A stretch of 64,000 bases of DNA, taken from positions 269,219 through 333,218 of the forward strand of contig NW_005434614.1 in NCBI RefSeq assembly GCF_000315625.1. Reading direction: 5' to 3'. The position numbers and the translations under genes were made by a program. The notes beneath the pieces were generated by a model. The model was not told the DNA's origin and made no database searches. It saw only the letters and a list, made by a program, of their open reading frames with translations. This DNA comes from Guillardia theta CCMP2712 (Eukaryota > Protista > Cryptophyta). Below are positions 53,293 to 64,000 of this stretch, in pieces. Numbering within the stretch: position 1 is the first letter of the stretch; every line of letters begins with the position of its first letter.

Positions 53293-56200
53293 CTACTCCT
53301 CCTCCTCCTCCTCAATTCCGCGGTCCTCCTCTCCGCCCAGCTTCCACATCCACGTACTGCAAACAATCGTTACGCCTTCGTCGTTCACTTTTCTAACAAG
53401 AACCTGAACTTGCTGACGCGGCTTCTGAGGAACGGCTCCTGGTTTCTGCTGTGGAAGGAGTGAGGGGAGAAGGAGAGGAGACGGCGATCGGGTACCTGAG
53501 CGGCAGGATGCGACAAGATCTCTCGTGGTACGTTCTGGTTGCTTTCCTACGAGGGCCGTGAGCAACAACGACGGGGGGGGAGGAGGGGGAGGTCGCCTGA
53601 AGCTTCTCCTTGAGGTCGTAGTAGATGTGCGTGTCTTCCGGGGTCAGGATCGTCGTCGCCACTCCCGATTTGCCTGCAGGGACACGATGAGGAGGTGGAG
53701 GAAAATGAGGAGACGGGGAGGAGGAGGAGGAGGAGGAGACAGGGAGGAAGAGAAAGTGGAGGAGATAGAGGAGGAGGAGGAGGAGGAGGAGGAGGAAAAA
53801 GAGGAGACAGGGAGAAGGAGGAGGAGGAGACAGGGAGGAGGAGATAGAGGAGGAGGAGCTCACCTGCTCGTCCTGTCCTTCCGATGCGATGCGTGTAGTC
53901 CTCGATGTTCTTGGGACAGTCGAAATTCACCACATGCTCCACCCCTGAGATGTCGATGCCGCGTCCAGCAACGTCCGTACAGACCATGATGTCGTAGTGG
54001 CCGCTCTTGAACGAGTCCAGCGCCTCCTCGCGTCCCTCCTGCGACTTGCCACCGTGCAGCAGAGTCACTCGATGGCCCCTGGAGCTCAGCTCCTTGTGAA
54101 GCACATCGCAGTTCTTGCGCGCGTTCACAAACACCATAATGGGAGGCTTTCCTCGCGCGAGGAGGTCGAGGAGGCGAGCGTTCTTCTGGTTCTCCGAGCA
54201 GAAGATGAAGTGCTGCTCGACTGTAGAAGCCGTCTGACCGGCTTCTCCTACCGTCACAAACGCCGGCCTCCTCAGGTACTTCCTCGTGATGCGCTCAATG
54301 GCGGGCGGCATGGTAGCAGAGAACATGAACGTCTGCCTGTACCTGAACTCTTGGTTTCCTTCCTCCGCAGCGTCGTCCTCGGGCTTGAGGTTGGAGCTTG
54401 GCATGGCGTCGAGGATCGCCTGCACCTGGGGCTCGAAGCCCATGTCGATCATGCGATCGGCCTCATCAAGCACGACATAGTTGCACTGGTTGAGCACTAC
54501 CAGGCGTCTCTCCAAGCAGTCGATGAGACGTCCAGGAGTAGCGACGAGGATCTCTACTCCCTGCCTGACGGTGAAGCCCTGCTCCTCGATACTCTTGACG
54601 CCTCCTCCGCCCACCAGCGGGAAGCAGCGGATGTTCATGAACTTGCAGAACGTGATGGCCTCGTCGTAGATCTGGTTCGCCAGCTCGCGGGTGGGAGCGA
54701 GGATGAGCGCGAGAGGCCCTTCAGGCGCCGTGTCTTGAGTGATGGGCGGCTGCTTGGAGATGTAGACGAGCATGGGAAGCACGAAGGCGGCAGTCTTACC
54801 GGAGCCTGTCTGAGCGATGCCGACCACGTCCCTGTTGAGGAGGCCGAGAGGGATGCACTGCATTTGGATGGGAGAAGGAATCTTGTACTTCTTCTCCTTG
54901 ATCGCCTCGAGGATCTCAGGCGGTAGTCCACTCTCCTCCCAGTTGCGGATGGGGTTGCAAGGTTTACCTCCTCGAGTTGCGATCTGAAAGTCTTCGCGGA
55001 AGATTCTCCAGTCTCTCTCCGTCATGTCCGTTAGCTTCTTGTCCATCCAATGCTTTCCTGGCAGCGCCATGTTCCTGTCCAGGCTCGCCTTGGCACGAGA
55101 CGCGTACGCTTCCTTCATCTTCATCTTCATCTCCTCTTGATGCTTTCTGTACTCCTCTGCTTGCTCAGCATCGACATCTTCCTCTGCGATCTTGGCTCGC
55201 ACCGCCTGGGAGCAACTTCAATCTTCGCATGTTGCAGACCCGCTCCAACTACCTCGAGGTTCTCAACGTATGTCGAATTCTTCTTTTGCTCACGCATGTC
55301 AATACCAGCGCGCAAACCGCGTCTAGGCAAGTGAGAGGCTAAAAGACAACAAACAAGCATGTACCCGAACAAAAGCTGCGCCTCGTGCTTCTTGTTGTAG
55401 AGAGGGTTCACGTCAGCTGAAGTGTCTTCCGTTGCCTCCCAGTCGAAGGCGAAACTACGAACGTCAAGTTCAGCGGAGCATACAACCAATTTCAACACTC
55501 ACCGGAATTTGTCCGTCACCTTCACGACCTTCTTCTTGACCTTTGCTCCTCCTGATGAGAATTATCAAGGTTGCTTGCCACAATCAGAACCACTGCATGA
55601 ATCACCTAGATATCTCTTCTGAACTTGTTCAAGCTCCTTCTGCGAGATCAGAGTTTCTGCATTCTATTGACAGAAATCATCAAGCATCCACATAGATAGA
55701 TCCAAACTTGTACCTCGGCGTCTTTATCATCTTTGTTTTCTGCCTTTGCCTTCTCCCGCTCCCGCTCCCTCTCCCTCTCTCTCTCTCTGCGGTGAAGGTG
55801 AGGACAGCATCTCATCTCCTCACTTGAACCTTTCTCTGCCGTCTCTGTCTCTGTCACGGCGCAGCTGCTCCATCATCTTCTGCCTTTGAAGCATGGCTTC
55901 TTCAGCCTGGATCGCCCAGTGGTTGGTTGAAGGATGATGCACGAGAAGCAAACACCTTCTTCTTATGCTCTTCTCTCTCTTGTTCAAGTCTGAGTTAAAC
56001 CGTGAGCACTCAAGATGTTGGATGCTTGTCCTTGACCTTTCCAATGCTAATTTCTGCCGCTGCTCTTTCGTCAAGAACACAGGTTTTGCAGAGTCCTGAG
56101 GGGTGGTGAGAGGGAGGAGAGCCATAGGGTTGTGAAACCTCTTTGCTCTTCTTCAGCTCTTGCAGCTTCTCCTCGATCGAAACTGGCTCTGCTTTCTTCT

Positions 56201-56772
56201 TGTTTTGCGAGGTGAGCTAGCATAGGAAAGTGTCAGCTCCAATGGTTGCGCTTCTAAATCATTACATCATACTCTCCCGCCAAGAGGGGGTTTTGTGCTT
56301 TTGGCGCGATTTGAACGCTGTTGTTGTGACGCCCATCATCAAGTCAAACATCTTTCAAACTTGTTCTGACCTCGGTTTTGAATCATCGTTCTTCTTGTTT
56401 TCATCCTGCACAAGGTTTAAAAGAGGTCGACAGGTCGAAGGGCGAGCTATACCTTCCTGGCAGCGCTCTGATTTGCTCGTTCGCGATCACTGAGAGTGGA
56501 AGAGTGAGTCACAATCATCGCATGAATAACACACACACCGTTCGCGATCTCTGTCTCTGTCCCTATTGCGATCGCTGCAACTCATGGTAAACCATAATAT
56601 CGCTGCGGTCAAGATGAGTACCGGTCCCTGAAAGCGTTCAAGTCAGACTATACAGAATCTCAAATTCCTCATCTACCTGTCCCTGTCCCTGTCCCTGTCC
56701 CTGTCTCGATCCCTGGAAGAATTAGTCTCAGCTTCTCTTCTCCTCCTTCCCGAATACACATGAGTACCTGTT

Positions 56773-56847
<75 letters not shown>

Positions 56848-57297
56848 CATCAGGCAGTCAGAAGCTTGGCAGAATTTTAATCGCAACATCACGCCCTACT
56901 GCAACTTCTTCTCTTCCTTCCTGACTTCTCTCACTTGGTAATGTATCAGATATTCCAATACTTCCAATACATGGCTTTGTCAGGCCCATCCCTTCATTCT
57001 ATCTCTCGCTCTCGCTCTCTCATCTTGCTCCCTTTCTACTTCTTGCGCATCTATCATAAATGTTTCTCTCTTTCTCTCCGATCCCATCCCTCGCCAGTGC
57101 CGTTATGCCCCTTGAACCAGTCTACCCGTCTTTGCACGCTCTTGGTTTGGTCTGGCACTGTTTTATCACGGTCTGCTGCTCCTCAAGCATGTTCACTTCT
57201 CTTCTTCTTCTCTTCTGCTTCTCTTCGGATCTCCTGCCATCTTCGTCTCCCATCGCCGTCACCATCCTCACCTCTCCCGCGATCGGCTTCTGCCCAT
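53293..57297 (-). CDS. PRP28: DEAD-box RNA helicase PRP28/DDX23 (U5 snRNP 100 kDa)
   Basis: Family-specific [22 protein letters not shown] and [12 protein letters not shown]. Helicase motifs [21 protein letters not shown] and [11 protein letters not shown]-terminal MGRSRSRER and (AGGGAC)n RD repeats at ~56680-56850. The exact 3' end is uncertain (53293-53400). Confidence 0.96.
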
Positions 57298-58262
57298 GGT
57301 CCTCGATTCCACGCGCTATCTGAGCAAGATGTCCATAGGGTAGGTAGTATTTCAGAGGGGGTGGGGTAGACAGATCATAAATATGGCTAGGTATGACCCC
57401 TACTTCAATATCGAGTTGGGGGGTGTATATATAGCTGTGATCACGAGCGGGGTAGGGAGGATGTGTATTGACTAAGTGTCGGGTGGGGTAATCAAAATGG
57501 GGGTATTGTTTGGATCAGAGTCAAGGACATTGGGGGGTGGGGGGTACTCAGGATCTGTAACGAGAATAACGTCGGATGAAACGACCGCGCCGAATCATGG
57601 GCCGGAGATTGGACGCCGTCACTGAGTCCGACCGGAGTGCCGCAGTGCCCGGGGCCGGGCGTGACTCTCACCTCAGGCCACCGTCCGGTGCCGCGGCGGG
57701 CCCGGCCCGGGTCCCCGCCGGGCGCCGAGATCGGACGGAGTCGCCCAACCGTTTCAAGGCTGAACAGTCACGGTGTGCAGTTGGGGTTGAGACAGGCCGG
57801 GCTGACCGGGTGCCAGGACTCGTCCGAGTCAGTGGCTCGGACCGTCGGACTCTCACAGAGTCACCCGGTGACCGGCAAGTTGACACAATTACCGTTCGGA
57901 CTCGGTGATCAATAGGCCGCCCGCTGTCACGGGGGCCGCCTGCAGTGTCCGTCACGGTGGCGGCTTGATAGTACTGTACTGAGTCTATCCGGGCCGCCAG
58001 ATCCGTGGCATCCTGTGAGTACCCCCCACCCCGGGCCCCGGTCGGTATCATGGATCTGAGGGGGGCTCAGCAGTGAGGTCGGACTCCGACCGTACAGGCT
58101 CCCTTGGTCTTGACCGTTGAGATTTTTCACTTATCTTTGAAACGGCTAGTCAAAGCAGGATGGTGACATGCAGCAGCTGCGGGGGCAGCACTGCGAGGGG
58201 AAGCGATACGAGCAAGTCAGAGGCTGATGAGCTTGAGATGATTGAGGAGAGAGCCTGAGGCG

Positions 58263-60166
58263 ATGGCTCACTCTGCGCTGCGACGCCTTGTGGCTGTGTG
58301 GTTGCTGCTTGAGGTAGGAGGAGGATCGGACACTATCCGATGTAACTGGAAACCTTCTTTCAGTGATACAGGAGTGGTGAGAAGTGACGAGGTCGGGGCT
58401 GTAGAGTTTGACTCCGCAACAGGCATCAAATTTGACAACCATGTTCGGCAACTACAATTACAGTGATGCCTTGCCGGTGAAGCTCGATTTCTTCTTTCTC
58501 TTCTCCTTTCATCTCATATGTCTTGTCTCTTCTCACTCACTCAGTGTCATCTCTATTCTCTTCTCTTCTATCCTTTCTTCTGCTCTGCTCTGCTGCTCTT
58601 CTCCTCTCTTCTCTTCTCTTCTCTTCTCTTCTCTTCTCTTCTCTTCTCTTCTCTTCTCTTCTCTTCTCTTCTCTTCTCTTCTCTTCTCTTCTCTTCTCTT
58701 CTGACTTCTCACCTCTCTGTTCATCATCTCTCTTCTCACACTCACTTCGACAATGTGCAGGACTGCATTCAGGCGTGCGTGAGCTCACTGACCTCAGAGA
58801 CTTCTCCTGGTCTGTACACGTTCTGATCAGCTGAGAGGGTTGACGTGTCTGCTAGCCCTGGTCAAAGACGAGTTCATGAAATGCTGTACGAGGATGCGGC
58901 AGCAGATCAGCATGGACGACGAGGTTTCGGCAACGTATGAGTGCTGCGTGCAGTACCGGACGTGGAATGGGATGGGCGAGTCGACCATGGTGGGTGCCGA
59001 GGAAGCAAACTTGTGGTATCGTGACTTCTCTTGTCTTTTCTCAGACTTGCTGCATGGAAACTAACAGGCTCTTCCGATCCTGGTATGACAGCTCTAACGT
59101 GGAAGCAAGGACGTGCGAGGTGGCGTGCAAGACTTGGCCTAACTATGGGGTGGGGGTCAAGTGCTCGTGCTTGAACTATGTCGGAGGATGCAACGCCGAT
59201 GGGCCGAAGGACTGTGTTCCCTCCGGCACGTGGAAGTATGCGCAAGGATACGAGGCGATCGACATGTTCCAACAGTGCTCGGCGGAGGTGTGCAGGTTTC
59301 GTCTGCTGGAAGACAAGGTTCGCAACTCGATGTTCTCGTGGATGGTTGGGATACTCCGCGCTGGCGTCTTCACCAACTCGACGCTGAGGGAGGAGATAGC
59401 GCAGGCACTCCGAGGGCTGGACTCTGACCTCGCGTCCGTCTTCTCCTTCCCCCTCACCAGAACCACCGATGAGCTCCTGCTGGCTGTGTACGCTTCTGCC
59501 TCAGCTGCTCTCCTCCTCCCCGAGACTGTCTTCAGGCTGGATGGACACGTGCAGGCCTGTCGTCGTCCTGACGACATCTGCCTTTCCACCTGGTGCCACG
59601 AGTGCTCCCAGTGGCGCGACGGATCGTTTTCGTGCCCTCCTCAGCCCTGCGATCGTCCTCCCCGACTGGTGGAGGTGGGAGGCGTCGTCTTTGACGCTGG
59701 GACGGGGCTGAGAGCAGACGCCAAGATCCGAGACGTGATGGTGACGAAGCTGGACATGCTTGTGTTCGCTCTGAAGCTGGTTGGATATCAAGTGGACTCC
59801 ATAGAGGAGATGAAGATGCGGGAAGAAGCTCGGAATGCTTGGCAGCGATCCCTTCCTCCCTTCCTTCCCAAGAGCGCCTCCCCTGCCATCCCCGCCTTCT
59901 CTCCTCGAGAAAGCTCCCTGCCCATCGCTTCCTCCCTCGATCACTTCGAGGATCGTCAGTCTCTCCGCTACAAACTCTCGCAGGGCTTCGCAGGTGACGC
60001 GCCAGGAGGTCGGGGAGCAGACCCGGGAGGACCGCAGGTGAGGAGGAGGAGGCCGCTGTGTCGGGCTGGGAGCCTGCACCGACCGGAGGAAGAAGACTAC
60101 AAGCGCGAGGACTGGAAGATGGAGCTTGACATGTGGTCGGGAAGCGCTCTCGTTGCTGACGGGTGA
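58263..60166 (+). CDS. Predicted secreted Cys-rich protein of unknown function (multi-exon)
   Basis: Signal-peptide-like MAHSALRRLVAVWLLL, short Cys-rich exons, then a long terminal exon within ORF 58937..60166. Confidence 0.6.
58606..58702. repeat. (CTCTT)n intronic microsatellite
   Basis: Read directly. Confidence 0.95.
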
Positions 60167-60637
60167 GGAGGAGGGAGAGACTTTTAGTTGGCCACTGCCA
60201 TCATATCAGTCTCAAACTCACGCTGATCACGACAACACCTGTACAATCACAAGCAATGTCTCATTCTCTCAGAAGAAGTCGGTTCATCGCTTGTTGTCAA
60301 TCTTGTTTTCATGTTCCATGTTCAGCCTCCCCCCTTCTCTCTCTCCTTCCTACTGATGCTCTCTCTCTCTCTTCTTCCTACTGACGCGCATTCTTTTGAT
60401 CTCCAGCGTTCTCCCTTGGGTAAGAGAATTCAAATCTGCTCGCATCAAGTTCGAGGAGGAGATGGATTCATTCAGGTCAAAGTTCGAAAGCCTATAAAAG
60501 ACCACAGACCAAAATACAAGATCGCTGGCTACAAACAATCCACGAAATCTCCCCTCCTCCTCCTCCTCCTCAGCGGCGGCGGCGGCGGCGGCGGCGCAGC
60601 GTTTTCCATTGAGCGGCCTTCTGATTTCAATCAAGTC

Positions 60638-61929
60638 TCAGTTTTCCTTGAGCTCGAGCATGTAGAGATCATTCATCCTGCAACAACCGTTATTTCTCCC
60701 CACCACATCCCTTCCCTCCTCCCCCTGCCAGCCTCCTGACTCGCTCAAATGTTCTCTGCTGAACTTCCTTTCCCTTCTTATTCCTTCTCCCCTCTACATC
60801 TCCTTCCGCCTTCTCCTCCCCCCCTCCGTGAGCTTCCAAGCTCACCTGGTCGGGTTCTCGTCATCTCCACTGAGACCTCCGAATAGGATCGCTTTCCCCT
60901 CGCTCGCTGACCGAAAGACAATGAGGGTCGAGAGGACAAGGGAAGGAATCAGATGAAGGGGAGAGAAGCAGGAAAACGAGTGGAGTAGCGAGGAGGGCGG
61001 CACCTGCTGCCATGGCAGTCCAGCCTCTCGGAGGAGGCGCTTCGCTCCCCTCCTCGGGGGTGGGGACGACAAGTGTCTTGGATGTCGTGTGGATCAGCAC
61101 GAGGTCGTTGGCGAAGGCTCCTGCTCCCTCATGCCCCCGGTCCTGATGCTCAAGTCACTTCCTGCTTGTTCGCTGCTGGGGTCAGACTCACCGAAGGGTC
61201 CACCTCACCCCCGAAGACGCACGCAAACTGCCCGAGGCAGCAGTCCCCGCACACGCTCCTGCCCCTCAGATCTGGCACGCTGATCTCAGTCCAGGCTCTG
61301 CTTGACAAGTCGAAGGCGTGTGCGTCGTTCATCTCCTTCCCTGAGAATCCGGCGACAACAAAGAGCTCCCGTCCTGCATGCAGCAACGAGGCTCCTCCTC
61401 TTCCGAGGATCTTGTCGGATGACGGCATCTGCTCCCAGGTCTTCTGCTCCGTGTCGAACCTGTGCAGGTCGCTCAACCTTCCCGACGTCCCGCATCCTCC
61501 GAAGACGTAGAGATCCTTTCCGACGGCAACCATCCTGTGGAAGCTGCGGCAAGCGGGAGGGCTCCCGCCCTTCGCCTCCACGAGGCTCCAGCGGTTGACG
61601 GCGACATCGAACTCGTACATGTCAGCGAGAGGAGCCTCGCTCATTCCAATCCCCTGCCTTCCCCCGAAGATGTAGATCTTGCTGCCTACCGCCGCTTGCG
61701 CGTGCGCGACCCGGGGAGGAGGAACGTCTCCCTCTGCAGCCATCGCCTGCCACTTGAGGGGAGAAGCGGAGAGGTCCAGCTTGAAGACGGTCGAGTCGAT
61801 AGGAGTGCGAGCCACGTGCTCTCCTCCAAAGACGTAAGCGACGTTGTTGATGCAGCTGATTCCATGGGAGCTTCGCTGTACAGGAGGGTCGATGGCTTCG
61901 AGCTTCTTCCAGGTGTAAGATGGCAGCAT
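60638..61929 (-). CDS. Kelch-repeat protein, nitrile-specifier-protein/At3g07720-like
   Basis: RSSHGI..YVFGGEHVARTPID, PPPRVAH..IYIFGGR, RSFH..LYVFGGC..RLSDL, GRGG..VVAGFSGKEMND, RSV..FGGEVDPS|DRGHEGAG, PPPRGW..LFGGLSG..R|MNDLY. ATG at 61929, three introns, stop at 60638. Confidence 0.88.
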
Positions 61930-63086
61930 GATGGCACTAGCGTGGAGCTTCGCGGAGAGTGATGGAATGACTGCGATATGTAAGTGAGCGGAGAAATGAT
62001 GGAGAGAGAGAGAGCGAAAAAATGGTGAGGAAAGACAAGAGAAGCAGATTGAGCAGACGACTCCAGGAACGACAACAAATGTGGAGAGACATGAGAGGGG
62101 GAAGACGATAGAGGATAGAGGGGGGAAGTGCTGGTGCTGGTGCTGGAGGAGAGAGAAGTGCCAGGGGGTTTGAATGAAGGGGGACATGAGATGAGGTTGG
62201 ACGGGACAAGAAGAAAGCAGTATGGTCAGGAGGGGAAGAAAAAAGTGGCAGTGTGGTGTGATGGAGGAGGACGCGGGGGCGGGATCAGAATGAATGAACG
62301 GAAGGAGAGGCGGATGGGATGAAAGGAGAAGATACGAGGGAAGACGATGAGAGAGAAGGAGTGGTGGAGAAAATGAAGGGAGAGGAACGGAGAGCAGGAG
62401 ATGCAAGGAAACGAGGGAGGAGAGGAAGCAGGGGAGAGGGGTGGGATGAGAAGAGGAGGAAGGGATCAGTAGAGGGGTGGGTAGGGGCTGATGATGGGTG
62501 GAAGAGGTAGAGGGAGGGGCTGATCGTGGGTCTAGGAGGGAGAGGGGCGGAGATTTCGCCTGCTGTCAAGAGGACGCGGAGGCGTGGCCATGGGGGCATA
62601 AGTTCTAGGGCAGCGGAAACACCTGGACAGATATAAAGTAGTATCGCAGGACCAGGAGGATTCGGCATTGACCCGATTTTGAGCCCGCCTCAGGGCGCGG
62701 CACTGGGAGGTCAGGTCCGACGGCGACTGACTCAGTGAGTCCGGCGCGCCGGGCGAGCCTACTACTAGGCTAGTCGGGCCCGGCCGGGGACCCGTGAGTC
62801 GGCGGCGGTCAGTCTCGGCCCCGGGGACCCGGAGGCCGCTAACGCCGGTGAACCTGCCCCAGTGCCTCTTCCGACGAGCCTCTCCCTCCCTAGCCGACGG
62901 CCGCCGCGGCGCGCCGGGCGTCACAGTGGCCCGGACTGACCGTACTCCCGGGCCGGGCCGGTGATCGGCCGACACCTTGAACTGAATCTCAATTTGCCGG
63001 ACACCATCCTGGTTTTTTTCATTCCACATCAACGGCCATGCGACCTCCCTTCAATGGCAGGTAGGCGATGGTGGAGATGACAGCGA

Positions 63087-63144
63087 TGATGGAGGTGATG
63101 GAGGTGATGGAGGTGATGGAGGTGATGGAGGTGATGGAGGTGAG
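63087..63144. repeat. (GATGGAGGT)n 9-bp repeat x ~6
   Basis: Read directly. Confidence 0.9.
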
Positions 63145-63404
63145 GATGAAGAGCATGAGGGCACACGGAAATATATGAAGACAAAATCGAGCTCTGTGTT
63201 CATATCAGGTTGAGATTATGCCTTAGTCAGCCTGAGAGCAGAAAAGAAGCTGTGTAGGATATATCAAACCATCTTTCAAGCACCATATCTGATTCATGCT
63301 GGCTGGCTAACATTCATTGTCAAAGAAACTCCTTCAACTTTGACAACGGCTCGAGTTACGAAGGTCTGATCAAGGAAAGATGTTCTGTTACTCATTACGC
63401 TGCA

Positions 63405-64000
63405 GGAGAATGGCGAAATTTTCTTCCTGATGGCTATGGTACATACATCTGGCCCAATGGATCGAAGTGAGCTCCTTTTGTAACAAGAAATTGTTCTAAT
63501 GCTGATGACTTGAAGGTATGTCGGATTCTTTGAAGCTGGTTGTTTTCATGGAGATGGCAAGCTTTATGATAGGAATGTATGATAGTCACTGTGGCTTTTC
63601 CAAGCACGCCTTGTTTCTCATTTTTGAGGACCGCACAGGGAACATGTTACATGGGGAAGTTTGAACGAGATGTGCTGCAGGGAAACGGGAATGTCGAGCA
63701 CTACTCAGGTTCTGCTCTCAATGTTTTTCTGGAGCAACAAGTTTTCTGTAAATATGTGATTCCATCCTGCTCATCGACTCAGGAAATAAGTTTCAAGGAA
63801 ATTTCCTCAACTCTAGAGCAAATGGATCTGGAAAATACAGCTTTCGCAAGACAGTGGTGAGTTTGAGAGGAGAGTGGTGTGGTTTTCGATTTGTCTTTCT
63901 TCCCTTGCCAATTCGTTGTCACGATGACTCAGGTGGAGGGCGTGTGGGAGAATGGTCACTTCTCGACAGCAAGACACGACTCAGAGGGTAGTCATTGAAT
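63405..64000 (+). CDS. MORN-repeat protein (multi-exon; 5' exons may start near 63038; may continue past the window)
   Basis: Spliced: DGYGTYIWPNGSK|YVGFFEAGCFHGDGKLY..|YMGKFERDVLQGNG..|GNKFQGNFLNSRANGSGKY..|VEGVWENG. Confidence 0.82.

Noticed and set aside
53997-54926. 309-aa plus-strand ORF
   Set aside because: Antisense shadow of the GC3-rich PRP28 exon.
57576-58130. ORFs in the GC-rich islands (also 38882-39169 and 62532-63032)
   Set aside because: They are R/G/P-rich and open on both strands because of GC content, with no domain or codon signal.

Overview
This is a eukaryotic, GC-rich, intron-dense draft-assembly window with five N gaps. It has many ~45-55 bp GT-AG introns, microsatellite-expanded introns and CCGG/TGACTCA-rich intergenic islands. 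This style fits a cryptophyte nuclear genome such as Guillardia theta (inference, not verified). About 17 protein-coding genes are supportable, most only after manual splicing. They are: a coiled-coil/6xPDZ protein with 4.1 near-identical 849-bp repeats; a plant-type RR-TZF tandem CCCH zinc-finger protein; a single-pass receptor-like protein with an extracellular periplasmic-binding-like domain and a cytoplasmic RelA/SpoT-synthetase-like domain (top finding); two Kelch proteins, one of them nitrile-specifier/At3g07720-like; a C2/HAD-like protein; an LKB1-like kinase; a double glycosyltransferase with a PAN/apple domain; an alpha/beta hydrolase; a ~9.5-kb type II membrane protein (C2-PH-TM-DUF4215-SEA-FN3-SRCR); a SHAQKYF-class Myb; a Cys-rich membrane protein; PRP28/DDX23; a MORN protein; and several unknowns. 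There is also a ~274-bp inverted duplication next to a gap and many tandem repeats. No rRNA, tRNA, CRISPR array or recognisable transposase was seen. All domain calls are by-eye motif recognition, not database hits, and exon boundaries are manual predictions.
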